NCBI GenBank assembly: GCA_964016885.1
Contig: OZ024741.1
Coordinates: 119,598,001 to 119,662,000, forward strand
Length of the DNA stretch: 64,000 nucleotides
Origin: Eledone cirrhosa
Lineage: Eukaryota
Direction: 5' to 3'
The notes under the pieces were generated by a model. The model did no database searches. It was not told the DNA's origin and saw nothing but the letters and a program-made list of their open reading frames with translations. The translations under genes were made by a program, and so were the position numbers. Positions 61,440-64,000 of this stretch are shown piece by piece. Within the stretch, counting starts at the first letter, position 1. Every line of letters begins with the position of its first letter.

Positions 61440-62828
61440 GAAAAAACTTCAAGTTCTTTATAAACACTTTGGAACTTCTGGAGCTCTCACAGCCTCATCC
61501 GGCCCTCACAATTTGGATTTATCCCTAACTCCAGCTGCTGTGATCAGCTTATCGAGTTCCTTGAAGACATTACCCGGATCACTGACAGCGGCTCATGGGT
61601 GGATGTTGTTTACCTTGACTTCGCTAAGGCTTTTAATTCTGTGTCACACAAAAGACTTATGGCGAAATTCTCTGCAATGGGTGTGAAGGATGATCTTTTT
61701 AACTGGTTGAAATCCTTCATTCTCAGCCGAAAAGTGGTAGTCACGGTTCTAGGACAGCATTCTTCACCATATAAAATGTCATCTGGTATACCACAGGGAT
61801 CTGTTCTGGGTCCCCTTTTGTTTGTTGCATACATTAATGACATAGATGCCAACTTAAAGAATGCACATGACATCAAGCTGTACCTTGAAATCAAAAGGAC
61901 AGATCCTGAAATCTATAACTCTTTCCTACAATCAAACTGGACACAATGCAGCAATGGATCACAGACTGGCAACTGAAGCTGGCTGTGGACAAGTGTACCA
62001 CCATGCATTTGAGAGGAAAAATCCAGCGTCCACATACTCCCTCCACAACGCTCAAATCAAGAAGTCCTCTTGTGAACGTGACCTGGACATTACTGTCAGC
62101 AGCGATTTGCATTGGACAAAGCGCATCTCTAAAATTGTCAAGAAGGCTGAGGGTGTCTTGGCATCACTCAGCAAGACCTTTGTTAGCCGCTCTCCAGCCA
62201 TCTATTTAAAGCTGTATACAGCTATGGTATGACCACACTTGGAATTCACATCATCAGTCTGGAACCCCTATCTTGCTCAGAACATTGACCTCCTGGAAAC
62301 TGTTCAGAGATGTGCAACCAAGCGGATACCCTCTATCAGACACCTACCATACTCTGAACGCCTTGCTTCCCTGGGCATGGATTCATTGAAGCTCCGACGT
62401 CTGGCAATGGACTTGGTAAACACCCACAAAGTTATTAACCATCTTGCCAAAAACAACCCTGAGCACCTTTTTGATCTCCATGTGTCTAACACACATGGAC
62501 ATGCCTACAAAATCAGAAAACAGCACAGCTCCCATGACTTTCGGAAACATTTTTTCACGCTTAGAATTGCTGAAGCATGGAACAAACTGCCTGCGTCAGC
62601 TGTTAGCTGCTGAGACACTGCATCCTTTAAAACCCTCATGCTTCCCGAAATTTGCCAAAACTACACCTGATGTCCCCCTTCCATACACATGCACACGTTT
62701 ATATCATGATTCATGCACTGTTCATTTTCCTGACGTTTGTACATTACCCTATGTACTATACATACACTTTTGATGAGTTGTAGTGCACCTGAGCACTGTA
62801 CACAATATTTTCATTATTATTATTATAA
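61440..62828 (+). mobile_element. CR1-clade LINE 3' fragment with (ATT)n tail; ~ bounds
   Basis: DVVYLDFAKAF, GIPQGSVLGP, VWNPY...LETVQR.ATK, FFTLRIAEAWNKLP; frameshifted. Confidence 0.9.
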
Positions 62829-63329
62829 TTTCAAAAACTAATGTAGAAAATCTTAAATCTTAGGCATGTTTGCATATAGAGCTTGAAACCACCCCTGATT
62901 CATCCTCATCATCATCATTGTTTTAATGTCCACTTTCCCTGCTAGCAAGGGTTGGACAGGTCTACATAGACCAAGTCAGTACTAAAGCGGTCGCTACTGA
63001 TCTTTCAGACAAGCCAGGGATCTATTGTTTTGCTTATGTACAGTCTCATGTTCTATTGAGTGCACAGGAGAGGTTATCATGAGGGGCCTCTCGACCCTTT
63101 CTTTGGCAAGCTTTCTCCGGCTGGATGCCTTTCCTATTACCAACTACTTTACAGTGTGTACTGGGTGTGTTTATCATGTAGATCACCAAACACTAGGGAG
63201 TCTTGTATGATTGAAGGATTCTCCCAACCCTTTGTTTGGCAAGCCTTCCATGGCTGGATGTCCTTCCCATCACCAACCACTTCATAAGGAGGGCAGTAGC
63301 TAGGAGCATCTGTGGGGTGGGTGCATGGG

Positions 63330-64000
63330 GTGATTTTGAAGTCAGCTCTTACAACCTCTACCACAGCTTAATTCCACTGGCATTTCTTGGCACTTCTTCA
63401 CCCAACAATCATTGTCCATGTGCATCACATATCCAAATCAATGCAGTCTTCTCTCATGCACATCACTCGGATTCCTCTTAAACCCAGCTTCTCGCTCAAA
63501 TCATTCAAGCTCTGCCTTTCTCTCACACTTACATTGCAGATCCAATGGAGCATAGTTGCTTAATTTCTCTCCAGTCTATGCATATCCTCTGCAGTCACAG
63601 CCCATGTTTCATTACCATGCAGCATCACACTTTGCACACAGACATCATACAGGTGTCCTTTTATACATTGGGAGAAACCTGTTGTGATCAACAGTGGGAG
63701 TAGCTCTCTGGACTTTTTCCATCCGATACTTATTATGCTTTCAGAGCACCCTCTTCATTGCTAATTACGGCACCTATCTAGCAGAAGCTATCAACCACTT
63801 CTATGGGTCCTTCCTGTGATTGGAATAGGTTTACATCACTGTTACTCTTTTCCTTGGTTACCTCTGTGCATCTTCTACAAAATCTTACATTCCTGTTAGT
63901 CTACCCATTATCCCACTACATCTCTTGTGTACCCAAGATTTACATTGTGTACACAGTATGGAATTTATGCCTACTCCTTTTCTACATATTGAGCAGGGCC
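63330..64000 (-). mobile_element. RTE fragment (PHD and C terminus) running off the window; ~ bounds
   Basis: Matches 28850-29410 and 49130-49430. Confidence 0.82.

Overview
AT-rich, intron-rich animal genomic DNA. The repeat content (Nin-domain SINEs, RTE LINEs with (GAT)n tails) suggests an octopod cephalopod; this is an inference. Two divergent protein-coding genes can be assembled exon by exon with consistent GT-AG phases. ADCK5 lies on the minus strand with 7 coding exons (14943 down to 124) and continues off the left edge. DIS3/RRP44 lies on the plus strand with 21 coding exons (26955-61131) and continues off the right edge. The introns hold a full-length but decayed CsRn1-clade Ty3/Gypsy element (438-5736), a probable solo LTR, a young 5'-truncated RTE LINE carrying a PHD finger, many RTE/CR1/L1 fragments, SINEs, TTAA-type and Tigger-like MITEs, a non-autonomous Helitron and several minisatellites. 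The most interesting signals are a -1 frameshift site with a predicted pseudoknot in the Gypsy element, and a recurring set of degenerate Penelope-type hammerhead remnants with fold-back inversions, often next to (TA)n tracts. I found no convincing wholly new system. Repeat boundaries marked ~ are approximate.
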